Shown: one piece after another, positions 35,716 through 47,900 of the stretch
Numbering within the stretch: the first letter of the stretch is position 1
How the letters are laid out: each line of letters opens with the position of its first letter
Source of the DNA: Podarcis vaucheri
Lineage: Eukaryota
Assembly: GCA_965113315.1 (NCBI GenBank)
Contig: OZ220370.1
Length of the DNA: 64,000 nucleotides
Strand: one strand, 5' to 3'
Notes under the pieces: model-generated
What the model saw: only the letters and a program-made list of their open reading frames with translations
What the model was told of the DNA's origin: nothing
Database searches by the model: none
Made by a program: the position numbers and the translations under genes

Positions 35716-36153
35716 GTTCACCTGCAGGCTACTGGGAGTTACACCATGTGTCTTTAAATGTTGCAAGTAAATTCCGAGTAGTATTTGAAGGCATAAAAGG
35801 ATCCGATGCATCTAATGGAGGCCTTTCCATTGATGATATCAACCTGTCAGAAACTCAGTGCCCTCACCATGTTTGGCATATAAGAAATTTCACTCAGGTG
35901 CTTTCAAGCGCTACAATACAATATAGTCCACCCTTTTACTCTCCCAAAGGGTATGCATTTCAGATTGGTTTGCTCCCCACCAGTTCATTTAATTTACACA
36001 TACATTTGCACTTGATCTCTGGTGCAAATGATGGCCAGTTGCAGTGGCCTTGTGCATGGCAACAAGCTACAGTGCTTCTGCTTGATCAACATCCAGACAT
36101 CCGCCAACGTATGTCAAATCAAAGGAGTATAACTACAGACCCAAGCCAACTAG
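35716..36153 (+). CDS. MEP1B: MEP1B exon 11 (MAM end, MATH/TRAF start)
   Basis: KFRVVFEG...GGLSIDDINLSETQCPHHVWHIRNF...QWPCAWQQAT...SNQRSITTDP, 438 nt. Confidence 0.95.
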
Positions 36154-36371
36154 GTAGGTTAATACTTGGATCAGTTTACCCTAATGGTTATGGTTATATA
36201 TATATATGCTTCAATAATGCCTTAAAATTTCTCTTTCTTTCACCAACAGTAGTGTATTAAAATTCCTAAGGTGCATGAGAAACTGCCCCCAGACCAGATA
36301 ACACAAAACAAAATAATCTATATTAAAAAAAAGTTGAGCTGATTACCTCCTTGTGTAGACACTGTGAAATA

Positions 36372-36534
36372 CCATACTTTTTTGTGTATAAGGCTAGGTG
36401 TTTGGTTTTTTTTACTAAAAAATAATGTTAAAAAGGGGGGGTAGTCTTATACACAGGGGCAATCTCTTCCCCTCCCATTTTTTTAATTTTGAGTCCCCCA
36501 AAATAGGGGGCATGTTATACATGGGAAAATATGG
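36372..36534. mobile_element. Old Tc2-like MITE
   Basis: TA-CCATACTTTTTTGTGTATAAG ... TTATACATGGGAAAATATGG-TA; degenerate TIRs of the same type as the element at 26365. Confidence 0.5.
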
Positions 36535-37104
36535 TATATAGTGGCTGTCATCATTCTCCACTCTTTATTTTTTAATATATATGTGTTCCATAATCCTCTG
36601 GTAAACTTTTTGCTCTCCAGTCCATTTTTCTTCCCTCATGGAATTCACATTCCTCTTTCAGCTCCATTCCTTGAAAAGTAGTAAAAATCCTTTATTTCCC
36701 CTGAGGTAGCAAAGGCATGTGTGTTGACTCCTTAGTATAAGTGCACTCATGGGAGTTGTAGTCTACATGTGGAGGCCACCTCTGGCATAAATCAAGTATA
36801 TTTGTCAGATGCCAGTAATAATAACCTCACTGGTCTAGACCTTAATGGTGATGGGTGGGGACAAGGTAAGGCAGGATTACATAAAGCCAGCATTTCCCTA
36901 CTCTGCACTACATTTCCTTTCACATATACTTATCTGCAGCAGGGTGCAGTTATTGTAGGACTGAAGAGTCTCTGGACGCTGATAGCAAAACATTTTGTTT
37001 TTAAAACACAAAACGTGAGATATCCAGGTTTTTTCCATTTTGTTCAAAGCTGGCCAATGGTTCCTTTGGGCCTCAGTATCTGGAGGGCCTCCGCTTGCTC
37101 CTTA

Positions 37105-37347
37105 AAGGTAAAGGACCCCTGACAGTTAAGTCCAGTTGTGAATTCCTCTGGGGTTGCGGCTCTCATCTCGCTTTACTGGCCGAGGGAGCCAACGTTTGTC
37201 CGCAGACAGTTTTTACAGGTCATTGGCCAGCATGACTAAGTCGCATCTGGCGAAACCAGAACAGCGCACGGAAACGCTGTTTACCTTCCCCTCCAGAGCG
37301 GTACTTATTTATCTACTTGCACTTTGATGTGCTTTTGAACTGCTAGG
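37105..37347 (-). mobile_element. Sauria SINE, 5'-truncated
   Basis: Reverse complement of the 3' two-thirds of the 39480 copy. 10-bp TSD TTGCTCCTTA (37095-37104, 37348-37357). Confidence 0.85.
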
Positions 37348-37935
37348 TTGCTCCTTAGGATGAGATAAAAATGGCAGTAAGAGATCAACAGTGGGCAATA
37401 AGGACGCTTACAGTCTATTGTTTGAATTGCTCCTCTGAGACTCAAGACAAAGCCAATTGGGTAATGATGACAGTAGAGGGAACCTCTGGAACAGGAAGAT
37501 GAATAATGGAGATGCCAAACCTTCCCTCTCTAAATGTTTTGTGGTCTTCAAGCAGTAGACCTAGTGGGTTGGAACTGAAATGTTTTTAGAGGTTGGTAAC
37601 TTTTTTGCGCAGCTGGTAATTCAGTGGAAATCCTCACAGCCAGTGCCCATCCAGAAGGTTATCTTTGGACTTTTTAGTATTGCCCAGGCTACATAGTTTT
37701 CCTGCCCCTGTTGGAAGTGACAGCCCAGCTTAGATAGTCATTGCGTCTTGATGTTCACAGCCTACAAGAGTGAATTGAGTCACATTGTCTTCCTGCTTAC
37801 ACAAGAATCTTGAGTCATTCTTTTTTTTTTCTTATTTTGCTGGAAAAAAGGTATATAGTTAGTATCATTTCATATTTTGCTGAACCCCTTTTCTACCAAA
37901 AATATTAGCTTTACTAATTTTTTCTTCTTTCACAG

Positions 37936-38100
37936 TATATGATAGACCAGACAAAGTAGGAATAGTCGCTACTTTTCCTAATGGCACTGAATTCATGAGA
38001 GGTCCTGCAACTGAATTCAGTTCCTTTATAACACAACAAAGGCTTGAAAGTCGTGAGTTTGTTAAAGAGGATAGTATTTTCATTCTTACAACAGTGGAAG
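37936..38100 (+). CDS. MEP1B: MEP1B exon 12 (MATH/TRAF domain)
   Basis: VYDRPDKVG...NGTEFMRG...RLESREFVKEDSIFILTTVE, 165 nt, strong acceptor, donor GTATGT. Confidence 0.92.
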
Positions 38101-39104
38101 GTATGTGGGTTTTGCTATGAGTGATGTTGTTAGTATCAAAGATTCAGCAGAAGTAATCCCATGATAGTCAATGGGAGTCTCCCTAAAACAAATAATTCTG
38201 CATATTTTCTTCTCTCACACTTAAGAGTTGAGACTAGAAGGTGGGCCCTGATTGCTTATGAATCTGCTGATGGCTACTGGTTGAAATGTTTTGCAAAATG
38301 TATGCTGAGCTGCTTAGACAGGCAGTCATTTGAATATGCAGAGTTCCAACATCTGGAGGCGTTAATTTTTACGAAAGGCAAATGGATCAACCTTTATGGC
38401 AGCTGCCACATATTGGAACTTGCAACTTTTGTAATATTTCTCTAGTTTAACTGATATAGCTGCTCAGAGGCCTTTTGTCAATGAACCTGGGGAAGGCTGG
38501 GACTTAAACATTCAGTGTCTCCCCTCTCCTTCCCCTGAGCAGCTGTGAGAAGTTTAGAAGCCTTCACTTTTCAATTAAACACAGTGTTACTTCCAAACCC
38601 CAAACTGTAGTTAATATTTACTATCCTTTATTTTAAGAAACCAACTGCATAAACAAAGGTTTAGAGGTGGCTTTTTCTGACTAGCCATAGTTGAGACACA
38701 TGACAGTTTATCTGGATTCAGGCATAATGTGACTAGTTTAAAACTGGAAGCTTTCCAACTCTTCCTCATGGCTGCTCCAGAGAAGAAGGATGGAGCATGT
38801 GACATTTGCTGCAACCCATTTTCATAATGCTGAAGTATTATTCTGTATTACACCTTTATGTATCTAAGCAAAAATCACAGGTTAAGATTTATTCCAAAAA
38901 GCAGTTATACATCACTCATAGTTAGTTAATTTCAAATTGTTTTATAACAGGAAAATGATTGTTCCTTTGCCATTAAGCTTATAAACAAAAGATCTCTAAA
39001 CCTCTGAGCCCCAAACCTAATTTAATAAAATTAATAGCACCAAATACTTTAAGATATATTGGTTAAGCTGCAAGAATTTGTTTTGCCTCATTTATTCACC
39101 TCAG

Positions 39105-39237
39105 ATATATCACATTTAATATCAACTCAGCCAAATTCTACAGCCATCACTCCAACTACAGCCACTAGTGTGTGTGAGGCCTATGGTTGTCAAAATGGTG
39201 GAATCTGCATTCTTGAAGAGGGGAAGCCTGTTTGCAG
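39105..39237 (+). CDS. MEP1B: MEP1B exon 13 (Ser/Thr-rich stalk and EGF-like domain)
   Basis: DISHLISTQPNSTAITPTTATSVCEAYGCQNGGICILEEGKPVCR, 133 nt. Confidence 0.93.
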
Positions 39238-39479
39238 GTAAGCAATGTCTTCTTAAGTGTTCATCATTGTGGAATTCCTTCTAGGGAGGCATCGTGTTTC
39301 GCAATCTTTTATTTTTAAAATCCAGTGTGAAGTGGGGGTGAGAGAACCCGAGATCTTCATCTTGTGGTACTCCCACAGAGGATATTTAGAACTGAACTTC
39401 AGTTGTGCACATTCCACATTTGTCACTAATAATCTGCTATGTTCCTTTAGCTGTTTTTAACAACAAGTGACGGTATTCA

Positions 39480-39849
39480 AGGGTACACAGCAGGTGGCGC
39501 TGTGGGTTAAACCACAGAGCCTAGGACTTGCTGATCAGAAGGTTGGCGGTTCGAATCCCCGCGACAGGGTGAGCTCCCGTTGTTCGGTCCCTGCTCCTGC
39601 CAACCTAGCAGTTCGAAAGCACGTCAAAGTGCAAGTAGATAAATAGGTACCGCTCCGGCGGGAAGGTAAACGGCATTTCCGTGTGCTGCTCTGGTTTGCC
39701 AGAAGTGGCTTAGTCATGCTGGCCACATGACCCAGAAGCTGTCTGCAGACAAATGCCGGCTCCCTCGGCCAATAAAGCGAGATGAGCGCCGCAACCCCAG
39801 AGTCGGTCACGACTGGACCTAATGGTCAGGGGTCCCTTTACCTTTACTA
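39480..39849 (+). mobile_element. Sauria SINE, near full length
   Basis: tRNA-like head (GGTGGCGCTGTGG...GGTTCGAATCC), (ACCTTT) tail, 10-bp TSD ACGGTATTCA. Confidence 0.9.
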
Positions 39850-40301
39850 ACGGTATTCAGTCCAGGTTTGTGTCTGTGGGTTTGTTGCATGGAGGTTAAT
39901 TTTTTTTAGGCCTCCATGCTCATCTGTTTTTGCCAGCTTCTCCCTCCATCCAGGATGGGCTTGGAAGGAATGCCTATGTATTTTTTCCCTACAGTTCCCA
40001 GAAATTAGACAGGCTTTAAGCATGCTTAACTGGGTTATACACCAACAGGCAGTGCATGCCAACATAAGGAGATGCCAGGTAGGATAGGAGATCCCAACAT
40101 AGCTATCTACCTTCCCTTTTTTTGCGGGAAATTCCCTTATTCCAGCGCCATTTCCCGCTGCTATCCCGGATTGTTAGATATCCCGTAGACTGTCCCCGGG
40201 ACAGGTGAGGCTGCTGATCCCTTATTTTCAAATCTGAAAGTTGACACCTATGGATCCTAACCTCACATACATACACTAATATGAGTGCTAATTCACCAGG
40301 A

Positions 40302-40664
40302 GGACGCGGGTGGCGCTGTGGGTAAAACCTCAGTGCCTAGGACTTGCTGATCAGAAGGTCGGCGGTTCGAATCCCCGCGGCGGGGTGCGCTCCCGTTGCT
40401 CGGTCCCTGCGCCTGCCAACCTAGCAGCTCGAAAGCACCCCCGGGTGCAAGTAGATAAATAGGGACCGCTTTATAGCGGGAAGGTAAATGGCGTTCCGTG
40501 TGCTGCTCTGGTGCCGGTTCGCCGGAGCAGCTTCGTCATGCTGGCCACGTGACCCGGAAGTGTCTGCGGACAGCGCTGGCTCCCGGCCTATAGAGTGAGA
40601 TGAGCGCACAACCCTAGAGTCTGGCAAGACTGGCCCGTATGGGCAGGGGTACCTTTACCTTTAC
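40302..40664 (+). mobile_element. Sauria SINE, full length and CpG-rich (young)
   Basis: A/B boxes, tail GGTACCTTTACCTTTAC, 14-bp TSD CTAATTCACCAGGA (40288-40301, 40665-40678). Confidence 0.92.
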
Positions 40665-40759
40665 CTAATTCACCAGGAAAGATGTGCTGGGCTCATGGTG
40701 GAGAGCACATTCTGTGGTCCGTATTATTTAAAGCTGGACTGAACATTCCAGCAGCCAAT

Positions 40760-41020
40760 ACAGTCATACCTCATGTTACGTTTGCTTCATGTTACGTTTT
40801 TTCAGGTTGTGTCCCACGGAGACCCGGAAGTACCGAAAAGGGTTACTTCTGGGTTTCGCCACTCGTGCATACACAGGAGCACTAATTCGCGCTTCGCACA
40901 TGTGCACAAACACCAAATTGCGCTGCGCACCTGTGCAGATATGGCGCTTCAGGTTGCGGGCTTTTCAGGTTGCGAACGGGCCTCCAGAACGGATCCCGTT
41001 CGCAACCAGAGGTACCACTG
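40760..41020. mobile_element. Tigger/pogo-like MITE (different interior from the 22.5-kb family)
   Basis: TA-CAGTCATACCTC ... GAGGTACCACTG-TA. Confidence 0.7.
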
Positions 41021-41228
41021 TATAAAAATGCCTTTCTGTAGTTCCATGATACTGTGTGCAGTTTTGTAACTTCAGCTATGGGGACCCACAGGTTCTTCAC
41101 TTCTGGGTGAAAAATATTGTGGTCCATTTAGCTTAGAATGGGGGGTTTCTGACCTGTGAGCTTCATTTGGGGGTGGGGTATGTTGAATTGTGTTTGTAAT
41201 TTGTTTTAACCACTGCCATGCTTTGCAG

Positions 41229-41421
41229 ATGCCCTGTAGGTGCAGATTGGTGGTATGTGGGAGAAAAATGCGAGCAGAAGGGATCCACACAGGACACAGT
41301 TGTGATAGCAGTTGCCTCGTCTCTGTCTATATTTGCCGTTATGTTGATCATCACCATTGTAACGACCAGCTGCATTAAAAAGAAATATAGGGAAAAAATG
41401 GAAAGCCTGGGTTTACAAAAT
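41229..41421 (+). CDS. MEP1B: MEP1B exon 14 (EGF end, transmembrane helix, cytoplasmic tail)
   Basis: CPVGADWWYVGEKCEQKGSTQDTVVIAVASSLSIFAVMLIITIVTTSCIKKKYREKM...LQN, 193 nt, donor GTAAGT. Confidence 0.95.
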
Positions 41422-42902
41422 GTAAGTATTGCACTTCCGGTGGTGCGAACTTTTAGGTGGCTTTGCAATACTGAACTGTTTTCTTGCTAGGTAAGATTGT
41501 GAGGTGCAATACTTAGTCTGCCCTCAAACGTATTCTAATTAGTGACAAATAAGGGGAACTTGTGATGAAAGGTTGTGTGGCCTTTGCCAACACACACAGA
41601 GGCTAACACAACTCTGGATGCACTATCTACCGAGCCCCAGTAACTTCTGTTAGCTTATGCTGCATTGTGTGGCATTTATTTGGGCAGCTACATTTTTGAC
41701 ACAGCAATCCAAGTGAGGAAGGGTGAAACCGAGGCAGAAGAACAACCAGATTCCCAGGGTCATTGCACAGGGTAGAAGGTGGGAGGGAAATCTAGATTTA
41801 CTCCCCATCTTCTCCTTTCTTTGGACTTCATTCCTATACAAACCTATGTGTGAGTAAGTTTCACTGAACTTCATTGACACCCCCCCTTTTTTGGTAAAAG
41901 GGCTTTTCTCTCCATTGATGCAATAGAAATGAAATTTTGTTCCCCAACTGGAGTATTGGCTTTCTCTACTCCCCCCTCCCCCCTCCAGTGGCATGTCACG
42001 GGAATGCGAAGGGTTTGGGATCCAAACTTGCCTCAGTGTGCACCTAAACACTTCCTGCCCTCTTTCTGCCATTGGAAATTTCCGCAACTGCATTGAAGAG
42101 GCCTCTGTAGGCAGACCTCCTGGTTGGCATGTGAAGACAGAGTCACAGAATCTTGTGTGCCCTGGGCTACCCTCCCAAGGACTGCACCTTGAAAATGTGA
42201 TTAAACTGTGTAAGAACTAAACAAGTTTCAAAGACTGAGGCTCTCTCAAACTATCTTACCAGTCCTTGAATATATTTTATCAAAGCAGCATCAAATAATT
42301 TTAGAAGTAGCAGTCCATAATATGTTTTACTGCACCCCTCGCCTCCCCAAAAAGAGATTCAAAATGGCAGTTGCATGTCCTTACTTCTCATCTGCGGCAA
42401 TCAGCTATCTTGCCATAGAAATGTCTGTTTCTATACCCGTTTTGAAACAAAAGTATACAACTTTGGATAGTTTGCCAGCAGTTATGTTAGCCTGCTGAAA
42501 AGCATCATCTTTTGTATTTCTCATTCTGGGTTTGCAACTCCTCTTGGATGAAACGATTTTAGGGGAAACAGCCATTCTTTTGCATTAAAAACAAGACAAA
42601 AGCTATATGCCACTTCTAGGATTTAATTGAAATAAATTACTCTTCCATTGAAATTTAAAAAGAAGCTGTGGCTTTTTCCGGCCTAAAATTCTGCACAGGA
42701 ACTTCAATTTGAGACCCCTATTTCTCTTCTAAGAGTATGGAAAAGCAAGATAAACTTAGGCTGGCAAATATTAACCTGAGCTTGATTCATGCTATGTGTT
42801 CAATGTACTATGCTCTATGCAGGATGGCCATATTTATTTTGCAATTACTATAATTGTACTCTATCCAAGTTATTTAGAAGATGCCTTTTGCTCTCTTGAC
42901 AG

Positions 42903-42917
42903 AAAACACCTCTCTGA
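42903..42917 (+). CDS. MEP1B: MEP1B exon 15 (terminal KTPL-stop)
   Basis: Acceptor ccttttgctctcttgacag, phase 0, 4 codons plus TGA. The summed CDS is 2085 nt = 694 aa + stop. Candidate AATAAA at 43798-43803. Confidence 0.65.
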   Translation, partial: KTPL

Positions 42918-44109
42918 AGATAGTGAAAGCTTGGAAACCAAAATGGATGGCCTCACTTGAACACCTTATCCATAACTTCATGTCCAGCACAGTTTCTCCT
43001 TTGCCAACCGACATTTTACTTACAGGAAAAAAAGGGAAAGGAAATTATTTGTGTGTGAGTTTAAATCAATGCAAAAAAGCGGCTAAAAGTGATATTTTAA
43101 ATTTTGAGATGGTGCAAGTTTAAGGATTTCTCTAGCATGGAACATTTCCTGGATAAGCAAAGTGGTCAGATTTATTTCCACCACATAATTTATGAAACAA
43201 AACTGGGAGGTTTCCCTTCTTTATAAACAATATGGACCCAGAGTGAAGACGTGTCCTACTTTTTTTCCAGAAGGGTGTGATTTGCAGGTGGTTCCCCTCC
43301 AGAATCTTTAAATGGCCTTTTAAACACCTGAGTTCAAAAAATTGTTTGGGGATTTGGCACGATAGCATTTCAAGGGGGAAAGTGGGTGGAAAATCACATA
43401 TGCTTCAGTGGCAGCCCTTTTCTGAAAAACTCATCAACTGCCTGGCTGCTTTGTGAACTCAAAGGTATAAAAAGCTGTTAACCTCCCTTCTAGGGAGGTA
43501 ACCGAAATTCTAAGATGTGTTTAGGGCATTTCCACTGGCGATGGCTATATCAGTTGAGCAAAATATTAGCAAAACCTCTTTGGGGATAACAGAACCTGCC
43601 TGCTTTCTTCCAATATACTGAATGATGGAGCTTCCCAATTTTATTTATTAGGTTGTTAAAATGTGCCCAAGGATAAAAGTAGCTTATTGTAGGCGCCATC
43701 AGACAAAATGGGGAGAAGAGTTGTATTACTGAGGTTAGCCTTTATTATCTTGCTAACACTGCATAACAGAGTTGTACAAGTATGATGAGCAAAGGATAAT
43801 AAAAACATCAATGCCCTATTAACTTTGTATGCTCCTATGTATTAATAGGAGATGGATCTTCTCTACTGAATGTCCCCATTGTAAAGAACTCTCATTACCT
43901 TCAAAGATCAAACCCAAAATAGCTTTAATATACTTGCAGCCATGAATGTATTGTATTAAAAGGTGCCAGTGAAGAAAAACATGTATGTATCATCTTAACT
44001 ATAGGCTGTAAGTCTTATTAGCTAAAATATGAAATTTAATCAGTTGCTTTAATGTGAATTCTCTGAAAACCGTATCTTTGCCATATCATTTCTTCATATA
44101 TATATATAT

Positions 44110-44460
44110 AATCACATGTTTTCCAAACATAACACCCCATCTTATACAACATAACAAACCTTTGGCTATCACAGCCTAAGACTTCTGTCAACCTCGACTA
44201 ATGGTTTTCTAACTCTCTTTCTGATTTTGCATTTTATTTTAATAGTTATTGCTAAATCCAAATCCTAAACAAACTCCTTCTTAGTCCTTTTTCGCAATAA
44301 TTCATATAGTTTTCTTTACAAAACTTCTTGCAACCCTACAAGCGATTACAGTTGTCTTTCAAATATAATATATCATAAATTTCTTCCAATCTTTCAGGAA
44401 AGTCTGGTCTTGCTGGTTCCAAATTTTCCCAGTTAATTTTGCCAACTCAGCTGCCATATC
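44110..44460 (-). mobile_element. L1-clade LINE 3' end fragment
   Basis: The minus strand encodes AELAKLTGKIWNQQ..., resembling the extreme C-terminus of reptile L1 ORF2, followed by UTR-like sequence. Confidence 0.5.
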
Positions 44461-44758
44461 ATTTCTTTAAAATTATTGTCTTTGATATCTTTCTCAGCTG
44501 ATGAGAGAAAGCTGGGAATGAGAAGCAAAGAATGGACAGTTCTCCCAATGAAAGTGTGTAGGAAGTGGAGTCTTCTGAGAATCTATTCCTTATAAATGAT
44601 CTGGAGTATGGGGTAAACAGTGAGGTGCGGACTATGCTGATGCTACCAAATCATTCAGGGTGTTTAAAACAAAACAAAAAGAAAGATTACAAGGAGCTCT
44701 AAAAGAATCTCTCCAAATTGAGGTGAATGGGCAGTAAAATGGCACAATGAAACTCACT

Positions 44759-44939
44759 TCTAGTAGCACCTTAAAGACCAACTAAGTTAGTTCTTGGTAT
44801 GAGTGTGTATCTGAAGAAGTGTGCATGCACACGAAAGCTCATACCAAGAACTAACTTAGTTGGTCTTTAAGGTGCTACTGGAAGGATATTTTTTATTTTG
44901 ACTATGGCAGACCAACACGGCTACCTATCTGTAACTGGA
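44759..44939 (+). mobile_element. Penelope-like retroelement remnant with inverted terminal duplication
   Basis: Perfect 42-bp inverted repeat (44762-44803 / 44838-44879), 15-bp direct repeat ACAATGAAACTCACT (44744-44758, 44940-44954), and a hammerhead core as known for Penelope-like element pseudo-LTRs. Confidence 0.7.
44807..44844 (+). ncRNA. Minimal type-I hammerhead ribozyme motif
   Basis: GTAT (stem I) - CTGAAGA+A - GTGTG catg CACAC (stem II) - GAA - AGCT (palindromic stem III) - C - ATAC (stem I partner). Confidence 0.7.
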
Positions 44940-47900
44940 ACAATGAAACTCACTGTAAATGATGCACATTTGAGGCAGAAAATTCTAATTTCACATATGC
45001 ATTAATAGGATCTGAGCTGGTGGTGATAGACCAGAAATGAAACCTTGCAGGCAGGGTGGATATCTTGATAAGGATATCAGCTCATAAGCAGGAACTGAAA
45101 AAATAGGGATAATTAGGGACTGAAAAATAAAATTGCCCGCATCATTATGCTGTTGGAATAATACTGTAGGAATGGGTTTCCCAAATCTAAAATCTAAAAT
45201 CTAACTGTGCAGTCAGTCTGAAATGGGCTCCAAAATCCCCATTTTTCCTTCTCCAAGGGTGCATTAGCTAAAAACCATTAACTTGAGCACTTGAGCAAAT
45301 GTATAACAGGAACCCAGCTGTATAAACAATACTTAAATATTTCTGTAACAGATCTAAGCTAATGCAGTAATACCATTATGATAATGCTAGCGATTAAATA
45401 GGAATCAGACACATGAACATTAGGTAAAACTTCAAACTATTTACATCCATAAAGTTATTTATGGGAGAGGTGGTTAAGCTGTAAAATATTACCGACCATC
45501 TGAGAAGCACACTGAACTGGAGGACAGATTAATTGCATACCATTTGCATATCTTCAGAAAGTCTGCTGCCTGCCTGTACATCAGATGGTACTGCCACCAC
45601 CATCTCCCCATCTTCCTCTTTTGCCAGGTGGGCAGGCAGCAGATGAACCTTGGCTGGATCCAAATCACCATAATCAGGACGAAAATAGCTGCTGGCAGTG
45701 TTTTTCAAATATTTGCACCTGAGTTCCCATTGGAGTACAATAGCTAGCCTCTCTGAGGGTGGAAGACACAAAGAAATGAGAATGCCAGTGGAGTACTGTG
45801 GTTAGAGAGTACAGAGTTCAAATCTTCACTCTGCTTCAAGGTTTACTGCTTTTCTTGGATTCCCCAGCCCCCCATCTATCCTACCCAAAAGGGTTGCTGT
45901 AATTATAAAAAGGGGTTACCATCTAGGTTGCTTTTTGCTCCTTGGAAGAAGGGTTTGAGAAAAATAAAAGGTATCCTTCTAGACTAGAGCTTGTTCTACA
46001 TATTATGCTACAGCATACATTAAAAAGTGAAACTAAATCTAAAGATGTTCAGAATGCACAGGAAAAAGTCAGGTAGTTTCTAAACCGGCTTTCTTTAAAA
46101 TGACATAAACACTTGCACAATTTATTGGGTGCTAACAGCTAGCGGTTATTTTCCTTCTGTTCTCTACACAACCCAGATTAAAAATGTCAAGCTGCATATG
46201 GTAGGCATGACTGAAATTTGCAACCCTATATTATGGCAGTTGTGATTCAACCTTTGAAAAATTGAATCTTAAAGTTGTTAATGCACTAACCTACTATAGG
46301 TTAGAAATTGGTTTGCAAATCTTGGTTAATATTAGGGTATGTTCATGTTACTACCGGTACTTACTGTGACTCTCAACATGCTCCCACCACTGTTTTTTAT
46401 AAAGTTGGGTTCACACAACATCAGCCTCAATCCACCTGGTGTCCTGCAGCTTTTCAGGAAAACTCCTCTTTGATGTGTTTTTCTTGAAACCAGCTCCCAT
46501 CCAGTTTGAAAATGGAACCGACGCTGTGCTGTGAACAGTTTGGGCTGCTTTTGCAGGTGCGCAGATGAGGGCTTCACATGGTGCAGGGAAAGAAATCAAG
46601 TGAAGGCACACACACTTTTGCGCTGGTGTGCACAGTGATGGGAGAAAGCCACTTGGAAATGCAGCAGGAGTATGGGAGAACTTCACAGCTTCTCAGGCTG
46701 CTAGTGTGAGTTCAGATGAAATGCTGCATCACAGTTAATGCGAAGTTGGAGAAATCCATCTGACTGAGAAAATGCTCAATCTTCTAATCATGAATCTTCT
46801 AAACACTAAACCAACCCTAAATGCAACTCTTTTGATAGCAAACTAGGATGGTTAATGCCAGCAGGATTGTAACAAAAGGGATGTCAGTATTCTCAGAAAA
46901 ACTCTTAAGGTTTGCAGAAAGTAAAAATACAAAATACAAAAAGCCCAAGAGGGCAAACCCTTTCTCCAAAACCCAAATTAGGCCTGAGCATACTTAGTAG
47001 CCATGGACTTTTAACTGTCAATCGGAAAAGAAAAATGGAAAACTTGGGGAAGTGATGGAATGAACTACTGAAGGAACACATGGCATAACACCCAATACAC
47101 TGTTACATTTTGTTGCAGACCCACCTGTGCCTCTATATTTGTGATTGGCGGACAAGTGAAATAGCAGAAGTAGTCTGATCTTAGGAATAGACAGGGCTAG
47201 TTTCACAGAAAATCATAGACCCCAACAAGCTGTGGTGAGTCTCAGGCTCATACATTTTCCCTCTTTTACATGCCACAGGAAATGCAAAGAGTCTGCTTCC
47301 TTTTTAAAGTAATCACAGCTTCCGAGGATGTCCAAATTCATGGAACTGTAGTTTGTTTAAACTATCATTAGTGATAACAAGTTGTGATTATACCAGTTTC
47401 CCATTACTTCTGAATTAGGACAGAAACCAGACTATACATCTGTACAGATTCTGAGACACAGATGCATATATTAAGATTGCACAAGAGTATTTTAAAAAAA
47501 GATTCCAAGAAACAGTCCTGAAAATAGATGAGATCAAGATGTGCAATAAAACCAGCAGACCTTTTTTTAAAAAAACAAACAGATCTCATAAGTATGCAGA
47601 CAAATTGATCAGCTTTGCACTTTGGCAGTATTCCAACTTAATGAAAGAAATTCATTTTAAGAACTCCTGTCTTTCACTTCAATTATTTTACCCAAAGAAT
47701 CTAGCAATTAAGACCTTAGCATGCCAATACTGTGTTTCTAATCTGTCCATTTAACTTCTGGATGAAATAATAAACTCTACGCATTTAAAATATCATGAAA
47801 ATAATATCTTTAATATACAGTTATATATATACTTACAATACACCATTGACATTTGTTCATATATATAGTAGGGTTATTTATTTGCTTCTGGTTTAAATAA

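Larger units (their letters stand above)
44590..45160 (+). mobile_element. Decayed CR1 RT fragment, interrupted by the insert at 44759
   Basis: INDLEYGVNSEV..YADATK corresponds to the CR1 INDL...FADDTK motif, and CR1-like sequence resumes after the insert. Confidence 0.65.

Noticed and set aside
39480-39570. tRNA-like sequences with A/B boxes (also 40302, 62808)
   Set aside because: These are SINE heads continuing into SINE bodies with tails and, in two cases, TSDs; they are not tRNA genes.
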